From Candidatus Kerfeldbacteria bacterium (GTDB lineage: Bacteria > Patescibacteriota > Patescibacteriia > SBBC01): a stretch of DNA of 64,000 nt. Shown here piece by piece: positions 45,673 to 56,027 of the stretch. Under the pieces are notes generated by a model, which made no database searches, was not told the origin of the DNA, and worked only from the letters and a program-made list of their open reading frames with translations. A program made the position numbers and the translations under genes. Positions within the stretch are counted from its first letter, which is position 1; the number at the start of each line of letters is the position of its first letter. The stretch is taken from NCBI GenBank assembly GCA_043799405.1, contig JAZDNT010000002.1, positions 10,716 to 74,715 of the forward strand, read 5' to 3'.

Positions 45673-47001
45673 ATGCGCGCCTCTTTCCGCCGCTTCATTC
45701 CGAAGTCGTTGTTCGGCGTTTACCATGGACTGCTTGCAGGCGTTGCGACGTGGCGATACCGTCATCCGACACGGGAGATGACGGTCATCGGGATCACGGG
45801 TACCTCCGGAAAGACGACAGTCTCGCTGATGCTGCATGCGATCCTCGAGCTCTCGGGGCGTCCGACCGCCGTAGCGACAACGGCACTCTTTGCGATCCGG
45901 GATAAGCAGTGGATCAATGATAGGAAGATGACCATGCTCGGTCGGTTCGCGCTGCAGGAATTCCTGCGCCGTGCGAGACGCAGGGGCTGTACACACGCGA
46001 TCATCGAGACGACGAGCGAAGGGCTTGCGCAGAACCGTCATCGTGGGCTAGACTATGACGTTGCCGTGCTTACGAATCTGACCCCCGAGCACATCGAGTC
46101 GCACGGTTCGTTCGCGAAGTACCGGCAGGCAAAGGAACGGCTGTTCCACGTCCTCACGCTGACCTACCGGAAACCCGATGTTCCGAAATCGATCGTCGTG
46201 AACGCGGACGATCCTTCTGCGCCAGCGTTCTTACGCCATGCAGCCGATGCGTATTTTACGTTTTCCCTTGAACGGAAAAGTATTCAAGGCTCGCAGTCGC
46301 TGTTCGCCGTCGATATCGATTGTAAACCCCCTGGATCATCGTTTGAACTCGTGCATGGTAGTGCTTCTGCTCATGTACACCTGAAACTCCTTGGAAGGAT
46401 GAACGTTGAGAACGGACTTGCCGCTTCCGCTGCCGCGCTCGCACTCGGAGTTCCGCTCGAAACGATCGCCGACGGGCTCGCGAGCATTTCCGGAATTCCC
46501 GGACGACTTGAGTCTATTCGGGCAGGAGGCGTTACGGTCATTGTCGACTACGCTTTCCATCCCGTTGCAATGGAACAGCTCTATTCCGTGGTCGACGGTC
46601 TACCGCATCGCCGCGTCGTTCACGTTCTCGGTGCGACAGGCGGCGGACGAGACAGATCACGTCGCCCGATACTCGGAAGGATCGCGTCTGAACGCGCTGA
46701 AGTCGTCATTGTCACGAACGAGGATCCGTACGACGAAGACCCACGAGCGATCATGGAAGACGTTCTCGTCGGCGTAATGGAGATCGGAGGAAGAAAGCTC
46801 GACAACAACGTGTTCAGAATATTCGACCGTAAATCGGCAATCGAGAAAGCAATTAGTATTTCAGGAAAAGGCGACATCGTGCTTGTAACAGGAAAGGGGA
46901 GCGAACAGGCGATCGTGGTTGCGAACGGGAAAAGAGTGCCTTGGGACGACCGGGAAGTGGTGAGATCAGTGCTCCAAGAGCGCTTCGGAGCGGTTGAATA
47001 A
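45673..47001 (+). CDS. murE: UDP-MurNAc-tripeptide synthetase (MurE-like Mur ligase)
   Basis: GITGTSGKTT, IETTSEG, TNLTPEHIESHG, PGRLE, VDYA, GGGRD, TGKGSE. Confidence 0.9.
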   Translation: MRASFRRFIPKSLFGVYHGLLAGVATWRYRHPTREMTVIGITGTSGKTTVSLMLHAILELSGRPTAVATTALFAIRDKQWINDRKMTMLGRFALQEFLRRARRRGCTHAIIETTSEGLAQNRHRGLDYDVAVLTNLTPEHIESHGSFAKYRQAKERLFHVLTLTYRKPDVPKSIVVNADDPSAPAFLRHAADAYFTFSLERKSIQGSQSLFAVDIDCKPPGSSFELVHGSASAHVHLKLLGRMNVENGLAASAAALALGVPLETIADGLASISGIPGRLESIRAGGVTVIVDYAFHPVAMEQLYSVVDGLPHRRVVHVLGATGGGRDRSRRPILGRIASERAEVVIVTNEDPYDEDPRAIMEDVLVGVMEIGGRKLDNNVFRIFDRKSAIEKAISISGKGDIVLVTGKGSEQAIVVANGKRVPWDDREVVRSVLQERFGAVE

Positions 47002-47138
47002 GTCTGAATACCCTGTGGAAAACGCACGGGATACTTTCCTATAGTATTGTTTTTTTCGCTAACAATATATAAAAAATCAAGTTATTTGTTAATAACAAGT
47101 AACAATTCGTTATAAAAGTCAAATTTCTGTTCAAAGAC

Positions 47139-47168
47139 TTGACAAGGTTGATTTAATATCTTTATACT
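47139..47168 (+). promoter_or_regulatory. rpoBC promoter
   Basis: TTGACA-18-TATACT about 140 nt before rpoB. Confidence 0.65.
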
Positions 47169-47308
47169 CCATAGGCGTAATTTCATTTTTTCATACACTA
47201 TTGGCCCTTCGCCATAGGCATACTTTTGGGCAGCTTCCGGTAAGTTAAAACCCCTTCTCTCTCCTGATCCCTTACAGCAAGGGAGGAGCATTATTTTCGC
47301 GTTACCCG

Positions 47309-50300
47309 ATGCAAGAACGAAGGTACTTCACCAATCTGACCGACGCCATACCCCTTCCTGATCTCATTGAGATACAGAAGCGTAGTTATGACTGGTTCTT
47401 CCGGCAGGGCTTACGTGAACTCTTCGAGGAAATTTCTCCGGTACGCGACTTTATCGGGCGTGACCTCGAGCTCTACTTCCTCGGGTACTACCTCGACGAG
47501 CCGAAGTTCGATGAGGTAACTGCAAAAGCGAAGAACGTCACCTACGAAGCGGCATTGCGCGTTTCGACCCGGCTCGTGAACAAGAAAACGGGTGAGATCA
47601 AGGAACAGGAGATATACCTCGGGGAATTCCCGCTCATGACCGACCGCGGAACGTTCATTGTAAACGGCATTGAACGCGTTGTCGTCAGCCAGCTGATACG
47701 GTCGGCTGGCGTATTTTTTACAGCAGAGTCTGTCCGCGGACGTCTCTGGTACGGCGCGAAGATCATCCCGAACCGCGGAGCGTGGCTTGAGCTCGAAACG
47801 GATGCGAACAACGTGATCACGGTCAAGATCGACCGGAAGCGCAAAGTCCCGATAACCGCCCTGCTCCGTTCTTTCGGTTTCGGAACCGATGATGAGATCA
47901 GAAAGCTGTTCCAGGAGATCGACGCGCACCCATCGGTGCGGTACATAGACGCGACGCTCGCAAAAGACGCCTCGAAGAACGAGGCAGAAGGTCTCCTCGA
48001 AGTGTATAAGCGTATCCGGCCCGGTGACCTTGCAACGGTCGACAACGCACGGGAGCTCATCAATAAGATGTTCTTCTCGTTCGATCGGTACGACTTCTCG
48101 CCTGTCGGACGTTACAAGCTCAACGTACGGTTCGGCATGGACCTTCCGATCGACAAGGAGCACCGCGTCCTGCAGAAGGACGACCTCATTGCGATCGTAC
48201 GCGAGATCATCTCGCTCAATAATTCGCAGAAGGAACCGGACGACATCGACCACCTCGGGAACCGCCGCGTTCGCGCGATCGGCGAGCTCGTCCAGAACAA
48301 GTTTAGGGTCGGTCTTGCCCGCATGGAGCGCATCATCAAGGACCGCATGTCGACGCTCGATATCAACACGCTCACCCCGAACCAGCTCATCAATGCGCGT
48401 CCGGTCATCGGAGCGCTCAAAGAGTTCTTCATGAGCTCACAGCTCTCGCAGTTCATGGATCAGACGAATCCGCTCTCCGAGCTCGAGCACAAGCGTCGCC
48501 TTTCTGCTATGGGCCCGGGCGGCCTTTCCCGCGAACGCACAGGATTTGATGTCCGCGACGTGCACCGTACCCACTACGGTCGCATCTGTCCGATCGCAAC
48601 GCCGGAAGGTCCGAACATCGGCCTCGTAGGACACCTGGCATGCTACGCTCGGGTGAATGACTACGGTTTCATCGAAACACCGTTCCGTATCGTCGTGCAC
48701 GATATTGAGAACAGTCCGGCGAACACAGAGGGCGAAGTGCTGCGGGAGGACGTTCAGGATGATAAGGGCGTATTGCTAGGTACAGCCGGAGATAAGATTA
48801 CGAAGGAACTTGCTAAGAAGCTCCAGCGCGCGAACCGTAAGATTATTCCGGTCAAACCCCGTGTGACGAATGAGGTCGTTTACCTCGACGCGTTCACCGA
48901 GGAGCGCGGTACGACAACGACTGCAATCGTTGCGGTCGACGAACAAGGGTTCCTAACCGATGAGTACGTCGAGGCACGGAAGCACGGCGAGCCAACAGCG
49001 GTACCACCCTACGAAGTCGATTACATGGACGTATCGCCGAAACAGATCGTCTCTATATCGACGTCGTTGATCCCGTTCCTGGAGCACGATGACGCCGTTC
49101 GCGCACTCATGGGCACGAATATGCAGAGGCAGGCGGTATCCGTAGTAAAACCGGAGGCTCCGGTCGTCGGTACCGGCGTTGAAGGACGCGCAGCACAGGA
49201 CTCCGGGCAGGTTGTTCTCGCCCAGAAAGCCGGTCAGGTTATCAAAGTACAGGCGAGCGAGGTACAGATCCTCGAGGACGACGGTAACATCAGGACGTAC
49301 CATCTGCGAAACTTCTTCCGTTCGAACGCATCAACGTGCATCAACCAGAAACCGATTGTCGAACGGGGCCTTAAGGTGAAGAGGGGAGACATTATCGCGG
49401 ACGGTGCAGCGACCGATCAGGGTGAACTGGCGCTTGGGCAGAACGTCCTCGTTGCGTTCATGCCCTGGGAGGGAGGCAACTACGAAGACGCCATCCTCAT
49501 CAGTGAACGGTTGGTGCATAACGATCGTTACACGTCGATCCATATCGAAGATTACGCCATCGATATCCGCGACACGAAGCTCGGGCCTGAGGTGATCACG
49601 CGCGACATTCCGAACGTTTCCGAGGAAAAGCTAAAAGACCTCGACGAAGAGGGCGTCGTCCGCGTAGGCGCTTCGGTAACGTCCGGCGACATCCTCGTCG
49701 GCAAGATAACCCCGAAGGGCGAGACCGAGCTCTCTGCGGAAGAAAAGCTGCTCCGCGCGATCTTCGGTGAACAGGCAAAGGACGTTAAAGACTCGTCTCT
49801 CTACCTTGAGCACGGCGAACACGGCAAGGTCGTCGGGATCAGGATATTCTCCCGCGACAAGGGCGATAAGCTCCCGAGCGGCGTCATCAAGCAGATTCAG
49901 GTTTCCGTTGCCCAGCTGCGGAAGATCCAGGTCGGCGATAAGATGGCCGGTCGTCACGGTAATAAGGGCGTCATCTCGCGGATCGTAGCAGCGGAAGATC
50001 TGCCGTACCTCGCCGACGGAACGCCGGTCGATATCATTTTGAATCCTCTCGGCGTTGCATCACGAATGAACATAGGGCAGATCCTTGAAACGCACCTTGG
50101 CATGGCAGCGCGGGCGCTCGGCTACCGCGTTGCGACGCCAGCGCTCAATGGTGTCGCTGAAGAGACTATCCGAGCGGAACTGAAGCGCGCAGGGTATCCG
50201 GAAGACGGTAAGTCGGTCGTATATGACGGTCGCACCGGAGTGCCGTTCGAACAGAGGGTGACCGTCGGAATTATTTATATGCTGAAACTCAACCATCTCG

Positions 50301-50740
50301 TCGAGGACAAGATCCACCAGCGGTCGATCGGTCCCTACTCGCTCGTCACCCAGCAGCCGCTCGGCGGCAAAGCGCAGTTCGGCGGACAGCGGTTCGGCGA
50401 AATGGAGGTCTGGGCGCTCGAAGCATACGGCGCAGCCCATTCACTGCAGGAAATGCTTACGATAAAGTCCGATGACGTCTCCGGTCGCTCGAAAGCCTAC
50501 GAAGCGGTCATTAAGGGAGAACCGATCAAGAAGTTGAACGTCCCAGAATCGTTCAACGTTCTCGTCCGAGAACTCAAAGGCCTTGGGCTTAACGTTGAGC
50601 TCATCGGCGCAAAGATCGAATCGGATCCGAGGGAAGCGCGCGATGCTTCCGAACGGAATGAGCGGGAACGCCCATCTCAGACCGCGGTCGCTATTCATCA
50701 GGATTCGAAGAAGAAAGCTAAAGAAGGAGCGGAAGCGTAG
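47309..50740 (+). CDS. rpoB: RNA polymerase beta subunit
   Basis: [40 protein letters not shown]. Confidence 0.99.
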   Translation: MQERRYFTNLTDAIPLPDLIEIQKRSYDWFFRQGLRELFEEISPVRDFIGRDLELYFLGYYLDEPKFDEVTAKAKNVTYEAALRVSTRLVNKKTGEIKEQEIYLGEFPLMTDRGTFIVNGIERVVVSQLIRSAGVFFTAESVRGRLWYGAKIIPNRGAWLELETDANNVITVKIDRKRKVPITALLRSFGFGTDDEIRKLFQEIDAHPSVRYIDATLAKDASKNEAEGLLEVYKRIRPGDLATVDNARELINKMFFSFDRYDFSPVGRYKLNVRFGMDLPIDKEHRVLQKDDLIAIVREIISLNNSQKEPDDIDHLGNRRVRAIGELVQNKFRVGLARMERIIKDRMSTLDINTLTPNQLINARPVIGALKEFFMSSQLSQFMDQTNPLSELEHKRRLSAMGPGGLSRERTGFDVRDVHRTHYGRICPIATPEGPNIGLVGHLACYARVNDYGFIETPFRIVVHDIENSPANTEGEVLREDVQDDKGVLLGTAGDKITKELAKKLQRANRKIIPVKPRVTNEVVYLDAFTEERGTTTTAIVAVDEQGFLTDEYVEARKHGEPTAVPPYEVDYMDVSPKQIVSISTSLIPFLEHDDAVRALMGTNMQRQAVSVVKPEAPVVGTGVEGRAAQDSGQVVLAQKAGQVIKVQASEVQILEDDGNIRTYHLRNFFRSNASTCINQKPIVERGLKVKRGDIIADGAATDQGELALGQNVLVAFMPWEGGNYEDAILISERLVHNDRYTSIHIEDYAIDIRDTKLGPEVITRDIPNVSEEKLKDLDEEGVVRVGASVTSGDILVGKITPKGETELSAEEKLLRAIFGEQAKDVKDSSLYLEHGEHGKVVGIRIFSRDKGDKLPSGVIKQIQVSVAQLRKIQVGDKMAGRHGNKGVISRIVAAEDLPYLADGTPVDIILNPLGVASRMNIGQILETHLGMAARALGYRVATPALNGVAEETIRAELKRAGYPEDGKSVVYDGRTGVPFEQRVTVGIIYMLKLNHLVEDKIHQRSIGPYSLVTQQPLGGKAQFGGQRFGEMEVWALEAYGAAHSLQEMLTIKSDDVSGRSKAYEAVIKGEPIKKLNVPESFNVLVRELKGLGLNVELIGAKIESDPREARDASERNERERPSQTAVAIHQDSKKKAKEGAEA

Positions 50741-50743
50741 TCT

Positions 50744-53700
50744 ATGTTCCAGGACGAACACCAGTCGTTCGACTTCAAGGCGATGCGTCTCAAGCTGGCG
50801 TCTCCGGATGAGATTCTCTCATGGTCTCACGGCGAGGTGACAAAGCCCGAGACGATCAACTACCGTACGCAAAAGCCGGAAAAATCCGGACTCTTCGCCG
50901 AAGAGATCTTCGGACCATCGAAAGACTGGGAATGTTACTGCGGTAAGTACAAACGCGTTCGGTACAAAGGGATCGTCTGCGATAAGTGTGGCGTCGAGGT
51001 GACGCGCTCCATCGTTCGTCGCGAACGAATGGGCCACATTCTGCTCGCTGCGCCCGTATCACACATCTGGTTCCTGCGCGGCGTTCCGTCGAAGATCGGA
51101 CTAGCGCTTGACCGCAGCATCCAGGAACTTGAAAAGGTGATCTACTTCGCGAATTTCATCGTTACCCAGGTTGATGAGCGTTTACGGGAAGAGATGCTCG
51201 CCCAGATCGAGAATGAGTACTCGACGAAGAAGAAACAGATCGAATCGGAGTTCTCGCACCAGCAACAGGAGATCAAGCAACGCCAGGTAAAGTCCACCGC
51301 AGTAGCAGCAGAAACCGGCAAGGCGAACAGCGCGGCAACCACGATGGAGCTCAAGGCCGCAAGCGAGATGAAACTTCAGCAGCTGAAGACGCTTCAGGAT
51401 GCCGTCGATATTGCAAAGAGGGAACTCAAGTCGATCGCGAAGTACCAGATAATCACTGAGCAGCAGTATCAGGATCTTTCGCTCAAGTACGGCCATGTCT
51501 TCACCGCCTCGATCGGCGCCGAAGCGATCCACAGGCTTCTCACCGAGATCGATATTGATACGCTCATCACCGAGCTTGAGCAGGAAACGGCGGAGGCGCC
51601 TGAGAACAAGAAGCGCCGCATCGTCCGGCGCCTGAAGCTTTTTAAGAATTTCAAAAAGAACGGGCTCCGTCCGGAATGGATGATAATGACCATCGTCCCG
51701 GTCATCCCGCCGGATCTCCGGCCGATGGTGCAGCTTGACGGCGGACGTTTTGCGACGTCGGATCTGAACGATCTCTACCGCCGCGTCATTAACCGGAACA
51801 ACCGTCTGAAGCGCCTCATCGAGCTCAACGCACCGGAGGTCATCCAGCGCAACGAGCGGCGCATGCTGCAAGAAGCCGTTGATGCCCTCATCGATAACGG
51901 TGCGCGGCACGGAAAGACCGTCACTGCCTCTACGGGTCAGAAGCGGATGCTGAAATCGATCGCCGATATGCTGAAAGGAAAACAAGGACGTTTTCGCCAG
52001 AACCTTCTCGGGAAACGCGTCGACTACTCCGGCCGCTCCGTCATCGTCATCGGTCCGCATCTGAAGCTCTACCAGTGCGGCATCCCGAAACGCATGGCGC
52101 TCGAGCTGTTCCGTCCGTTCGTGATCAGCGAGCTCATCAAGCGCGAGGTCGTGCACAACGTCCGGTCAGCAGGCCGCTACATCGAAGCGGGGCACGCAAT
52201 TGTCTGGGACATACTCGAAGAGATCACGAGGGGTGCGCACGTATTGCTGAATCGCGCGCCGACGCTTCATCGTCTCGGCATCCAGGCGTTCCAGCCGATC
52301 CTCATCGAAGGTAAAGCGATCCAGATCCATCCGTTAGTTTGTCAGGCGTTCAACGCGGACTTTGATGGTGACCAGATGGCCGTTCACGTTCCTCTGACCG
52401 AGGAATCGAAGCGTGAGGCTGCAGAGATCATGCTCTCCTCGAAGAACCTCTTGAAGCCGGCAACGGGTACGCCGGTCATCAGCCCCCAACAGGACATCGT
52501 CCTCGGCTGTTACTACCTCTCGATCGTAAAGGACGTTGAGAAGCCGAAGATCTTCTCATGCGAGGAGGAGGCGATCCTCGCGCACAGTCAGAACGTCATC
52601 AGTATTCAGACGAAGATCAGGGTTCGCATCGACGGCAAGCTCATCGATACGAGCGTTGGACGTATCTACTTCAACCGGATTCTTCCGAAAGAGCTCAGGT
52701 TCATCAATGAAGTGCTGAACAGAAAGGCGCTCACCGAGATCGTCAGCCGTTCGCTCGTCGAGCTCGATAACGAACGGACCGTGCAGCTCCTCGATGATAT
52801 CAAGAAGCTCTCCTTCGAATTTCTTACACGATCGGGGATTTCCTGGGGTATGGACGACCTGCAGGTTCCAGAGGGAAAGTTCGATGTAATCACATCTGCT
52901 CAGAAGGTCATCGATGAGATACAGAACCAGTACGAGGTCGGACTCCTTACCGACATGGAACGACACGTTAAGATCATTAACGTGTGGGCGAAGGCAAAGG
53001 AAGAAGTGACCGAGCTCAGCAAAAAGTCGCTCGACCGCTTCGGCCCAGTGTTTGCGATGATCGACTCGGGCGCGCGAGGCAACTGGGCGCAGATATCTCA
53101 GATGATGGGTATGAAGGGCCTCGTTACGAATCCCGCGGGTGACACGATCGAGCTCCCTGTCAAACGATCGTTTAAGGAAGGTTTTGATGTGCTTGAGTAT
53201 TTCATTTCCACCCATGGCGCCCGTAAAGGTTTATCAGACACCGCCCTTCGAACTGCGAACGCCGGGTACCTTACGCGAAGGTTGATCGACGTATCGCAGG
53301 ACATCGTGATTTCGGAGGATGACTGCGGTGATACTGTAGGGTTCACCATTACGAAGACCGAGAGCGAGGATATGGGTGAAACGCTGTTTTCGAGGATCCT
53401 CGGACGAGCCGTTCTTGATTCGATCGTAGATCCGCGCACAAAAAAGGTTATCGTGAAGAAGCATGAATTCGTCACAAAGGAACACGAAGGGAAATTGACG
53501 AAGATCGATCCCGATAAGGTTCGGATTCGATCGGTCATGAGCTGTATTGCTCGACGCGGGGTATGCGCTATGTGTTACGGGTACGATCTCGGGTACAACA
53601 AACCCGTTGAGATCGGAACGGCCGTCGGTATCATTGCGGCGCAGTCGATCGGCGAACCTGGAACGCAGCTCACCATGCGGACGTTCCACACAGGTGGTGT

Positions 53701-54640
53701 CGCCGGCCAGGATATCACCCAAGGGTTACCGCGCGTTGAAGAACTCTTTGAAGCACGCCCAGTGAAGAAACCAGCGTTTCTCTCAGAGGTTGCCGGACAG
53801 GTTATTATTGAAGAGGGCACAGAACATAAGTTGGTCAAAATCAACCATCAGACAGAGAAGAACGAAGTCCATGAGTTGCCGAAGAAAGTGAAGAAGGGAA
53901 CCGTGTTCACTGCGAAGGTCAAGGATGGCGCGAAAGTGAAGGCAGGACAGGTTGTTGCTGCTGTAGGTAGCGAGGAGCGCGTTGCAGCGACGAACGGGAT
54001 CGCTCGTGTTACTGACCGGTCGGTCACGATCGTGTCCGAACAGGATGCAGTAAAAGAGTATAACATTCCAGCCGATTACTCGCTGTGGGTCAAGAACGGC
54101 GATCTCGTCGTTCCCGGAACCCCGCTTACTGAAGGATCGTTCAACCTGTATGAACTCTTCCGTTTGAAGGGGAGGGAAACTGTTCAGAAATACATTACCA
54201 AGGAGATACAGTACATCTACTCTTCGCAGGGGCAGAAGTTGAACGATAAACACATCGAGATCATCGTTCGTCAGATGTTTTCGCGCGTGTACATTGTCGA
54301 TGCTGGTGATACCGACCTTCTTGCTGGCGAGATCGTTGAGCGTCCTGTCGCCGAAGCTGCAAATAGTCAGGTGATTACCGAGAAGAAGAATCCCGCCAGC
54401 GTCGAGCAGTTGCTTCTCGGTATCACGAAGGCCAGTTTGACGACCGAGAGTTTCCTGTCGGCTGCGTCGTTCCAGGAGACCGCACGCGTGCTCATCGATG
54501 CTGCCGTCAACGGAAAGATTGATTACCTCCGCGGACTCAAGGAAAACGTCATTATCGGGAAATTGATCCCCGCAGGCACCGGCTTCAGGAACGTTGAGGA
54601 CGTTTCGGTGATCGACGAATCCTCGATCATCACGATCTGA
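50744..54640 (+). CDS. rpoC: RNA polymerase beta' subunit
   Basis: CYCGKYK zinc finger, NADFDGDQM, GEPGTQLTMRTFH. Confidence 0.99.
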   Translation: MFQDEHQSFDFKAMRLKLASPDEILSWSHGEVTKPETINYRTQKPEKSGLFAEEIFGPSKDWECYCGKYKRVRYKGIVCDKCGVEVTRSIVRRERMGHILLAAPVSHIWFLRGVPSKIGLALDRSIQELEKVIYFANFIVTQVDERLREEMLAQIENEYSTKKKQIESEFSHQQQEIKQRQVKSTAVAAETGKANSAATTMELKAASEMKLQQLKTLQDAVDIAKRELKSIAKYQIITEQQYQDLSLKYGHVFTASIGAEAIHRLLTEIDIDTLITELEQETAEAPENKKRRIVRRLKLFKNFKKNGLRPEWMIMTIVPVIPPDLRPMVQLDGGRFATSDLNDLYRRVINRNNRLKRLIELNAPEVIQRNERRMLQEAVDALIDNGARHGKTVTASTGQKRMLKSIADMLKGKQGRFRQNLLGKRVDYSGRSVIVIGPHLKLYQCGIPKRMALELFRPFVISELIKREVVHNVRSAGRYIEAGHAIVWDILEEITRGAHVLLNRAPTLHRLGIQAFQPILIEGKAIQIHPLVCQAFNADFDGDQMAVHVPLTEESKREAAEIMLSSKNLLKPATGTPVISPQQDIVLGCYYLSIVKDVEKPKIFSCEEEAILAHSQNVISIQTKIRVRIDGKLIDTSVGRIYFNRILPKELRFINEVLNRKALTEIVSRSLVELDNERTVQLLDDIKKLSFEFLTRSGISWGMDDLQVPEGKFDVITSAQKVIDEIQNQYEVGLLTDMERHVKIINVWAKAKEEVTELSKKSLDRFGPVFAMIDSGARGNWAQISQMMGMKGLVTNPAGDTIELPVKRSFKEGFDVLEYFISTHGARKGLSDTALRTANAGYLTRRLIDVSQDIVISEDDCGDTVGFTITKTESEDMGETLFSRILGRAVLDSIVDPRTKKVIVKKHEFVTKEHEGKLTKIDPDKVRIRSVMSCIARRGVCAMCYGYDLGYNKPVEIGTAVGIIAAQSIGEPGTQLTMRTFHTGGVAGQDITQGLPRVEELFEARPVKKPAFLSEVAGQVIIEEGTEHKLVKINHQTEKNEVHELPKKVKKGTVFTAKVKDGAKVKAGQVVAAVGSEERVAATNGIARVTDRSVTIVSEQDAVKEYNIPADYSLWVKNGDLVVPGTPLTEGSFNLYELFRLKGRETVQKYITKEIQYIYSSQGQKLNDKHIEIIVRQMFSRVYIVDAGDTDLLAGEIVERPVAEAANSQVITEKKNPASVEQLLLGITKASLTTESFLSAASFQETARVLIDAAVNGKIDYLRGLKENVIIGKLIPAGTGFRNVEDVSVIDESSIITI

Positions 54641-54705
54641 CCGGCAGGGCTATTGACTGTCACTGGTAAGAGTGGCAGTGTTTGAGTTGACATCAGTTCG
54701 TCCTT

Positions 54706-54927
54706 TGCGGTGCTGGCTAGAGATGTACGGGGCGGCTGCCCGCTCAATACACTTCCCTGGCAAGGCTCGTGTAGGCATCTCTGTTCGGAGGTCCCACCCC
54801 ATAGCTTTTCGTCTCTTATTCCTCCTGAATCGTTTGGCGGGGATGAACGACTAGCACCTCCATCATTCCTGCTGACACCAGCGCCGCATCTCATTCGCCG
54901 GGGGACGGACGCACATCATCCGTCCCC
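54706..54927. ncRNA. Candidate structured RNA downstream of rpoC
   Basis: tgcggtgctgg/ccagcgccgca closing stem, inner stems agagatg/catctct and ggaggt/acctcc, then ggggacgga/tccgtcccc hairpin. Confidence 0.4.
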
Positions 54928-54986
54928 ATTCGCTTTGGTCGAATACATTGCGAATATTTGGGTCGCGTGTCGTAGTACTTTAATGC

Positions 54987-55016
54987 TTGACACTGGTTTT
55001 CATTAGGGAGTAAGGT
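54987..55016 (+). promoter_or_regulatory. Sigma70-like promoter with ~250-nt leader
   Basis: TTGACA-18-TAAGGT. Confidence 0.5.
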
Positions 55017-55268
55017 GCGGGCGACGGCCTCATTCTGAGCATCGGAAGACATTCTGGGAGGGGCCTAAATATAGAGGAAGGGGCCGTGAGGGGCAGACAA
55101 CTGTACCTCTAGCCCTTTGAAAATCCGTCTTCTGTGAAAGAAAGAGAGGCATGAAAACGTGTTGTTGTGCTTTTGTTGTTGATAGTTAACCCCTTGCTGC
55201 AGCCATTCATGCGGACTTGATCCGCATGAACAACCACCCTGCGTCAGAATCGCGGGGAAGGAGGCACC

Positions 55269-56027
55269 ATGCTGAAGCAGTTGTTGGTCTTGTTGGCTGC
55301 GCTCACGCTCGTGAGCATGGCACATGCTGGAACGATTACCGAGGTGGCAACCGTGGATACGGGCCAGGTCATCTACTATGGCCATGGTCCGATCGCGGCG
55401 CCATTCGTTTTCGGAACCGATGGGACCGACACGTTCGTCCGGTTCCAGTCCGATTCGTCGTTCGCGATGGCCGGTCTGGACTGGGTGCCGTGGCGCCTCG
55501 ACACGTCGTCGACGTCGCACAGGTCGATCCAGTACATCCCTGTTCTCGGAACGCTCGACGCGGTCTTCGAAGACGCTCGGGCAGCGGTCGATACTGAGGG
55601 GCTGCACGGAATGGCTCGCGCGACACGACTCGCCGAACTGTACCGGAAGTCAAACCTCATCGATTCGGCGAAGGTGATCATGAGTGAACAGGAGGGACCG
55701 AAAGTCGGCATATACCCCAAGAACGGCTTGCCGATCTTGGGCGCGGTCGACGAGACGCCTCGCAACCTTTCGCCGGAAACGCCGATGGAGCGGGCAAGAA
55801 ATGATATCGCCCGGATCGTCAGCTCGTTGCAGTCAGGGCGACTCGTGATCGTGGATCACGGTATCGAGTGCTCGGTAGCGCCAAACGCGATCGCAGACGT
55901 GACGGACGAGCTCCGCGCTCTTCGTTCCGGTCGTAGACCCTGCAGGATCAAGAACGCCGAAATCATCCGGCGCTTCCAGCAGGGACAACCGATCCCTCTC
56001 AGTAAGCTTGTGCGAGGGAGGGATTGA
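55269..56027 (+). CDS. Secreted hypothetical protein
   Basis: Signal peptide MLKQLLVLLAALTLVSMAHA; AAGGAGG SD. Confidence 0.8.
   Translation: MLKQLLVLLAALTLVSMAHAGTITEVATVDTGQVIYYGHGPIAAPFVFGTDGTDTFVRFQSDSSFAMAGLDWVPWRLDTSSTSHRSIQYIPVLGTLDAVFEDARAAVDTEGLHGMARATRLAELYRKSNLIDSAKVIMSEQEGPKVGIYPKNGLPILGAVDETPRNLSPETPMERARNDIARIVSSLQSGRLVIVDHGIECSVAPNAIADVTDELRALRSGRRPCRIKNAEIIRRFQQGQPIPLSKLVRGRD

Noticed and set aside
47309-54640. Inteins, introns or frameshifts in rpoB/rpoC
   Set aside because: Both are intact with normal lengths; the coiled-coil insert in beta' looks lineage-specific
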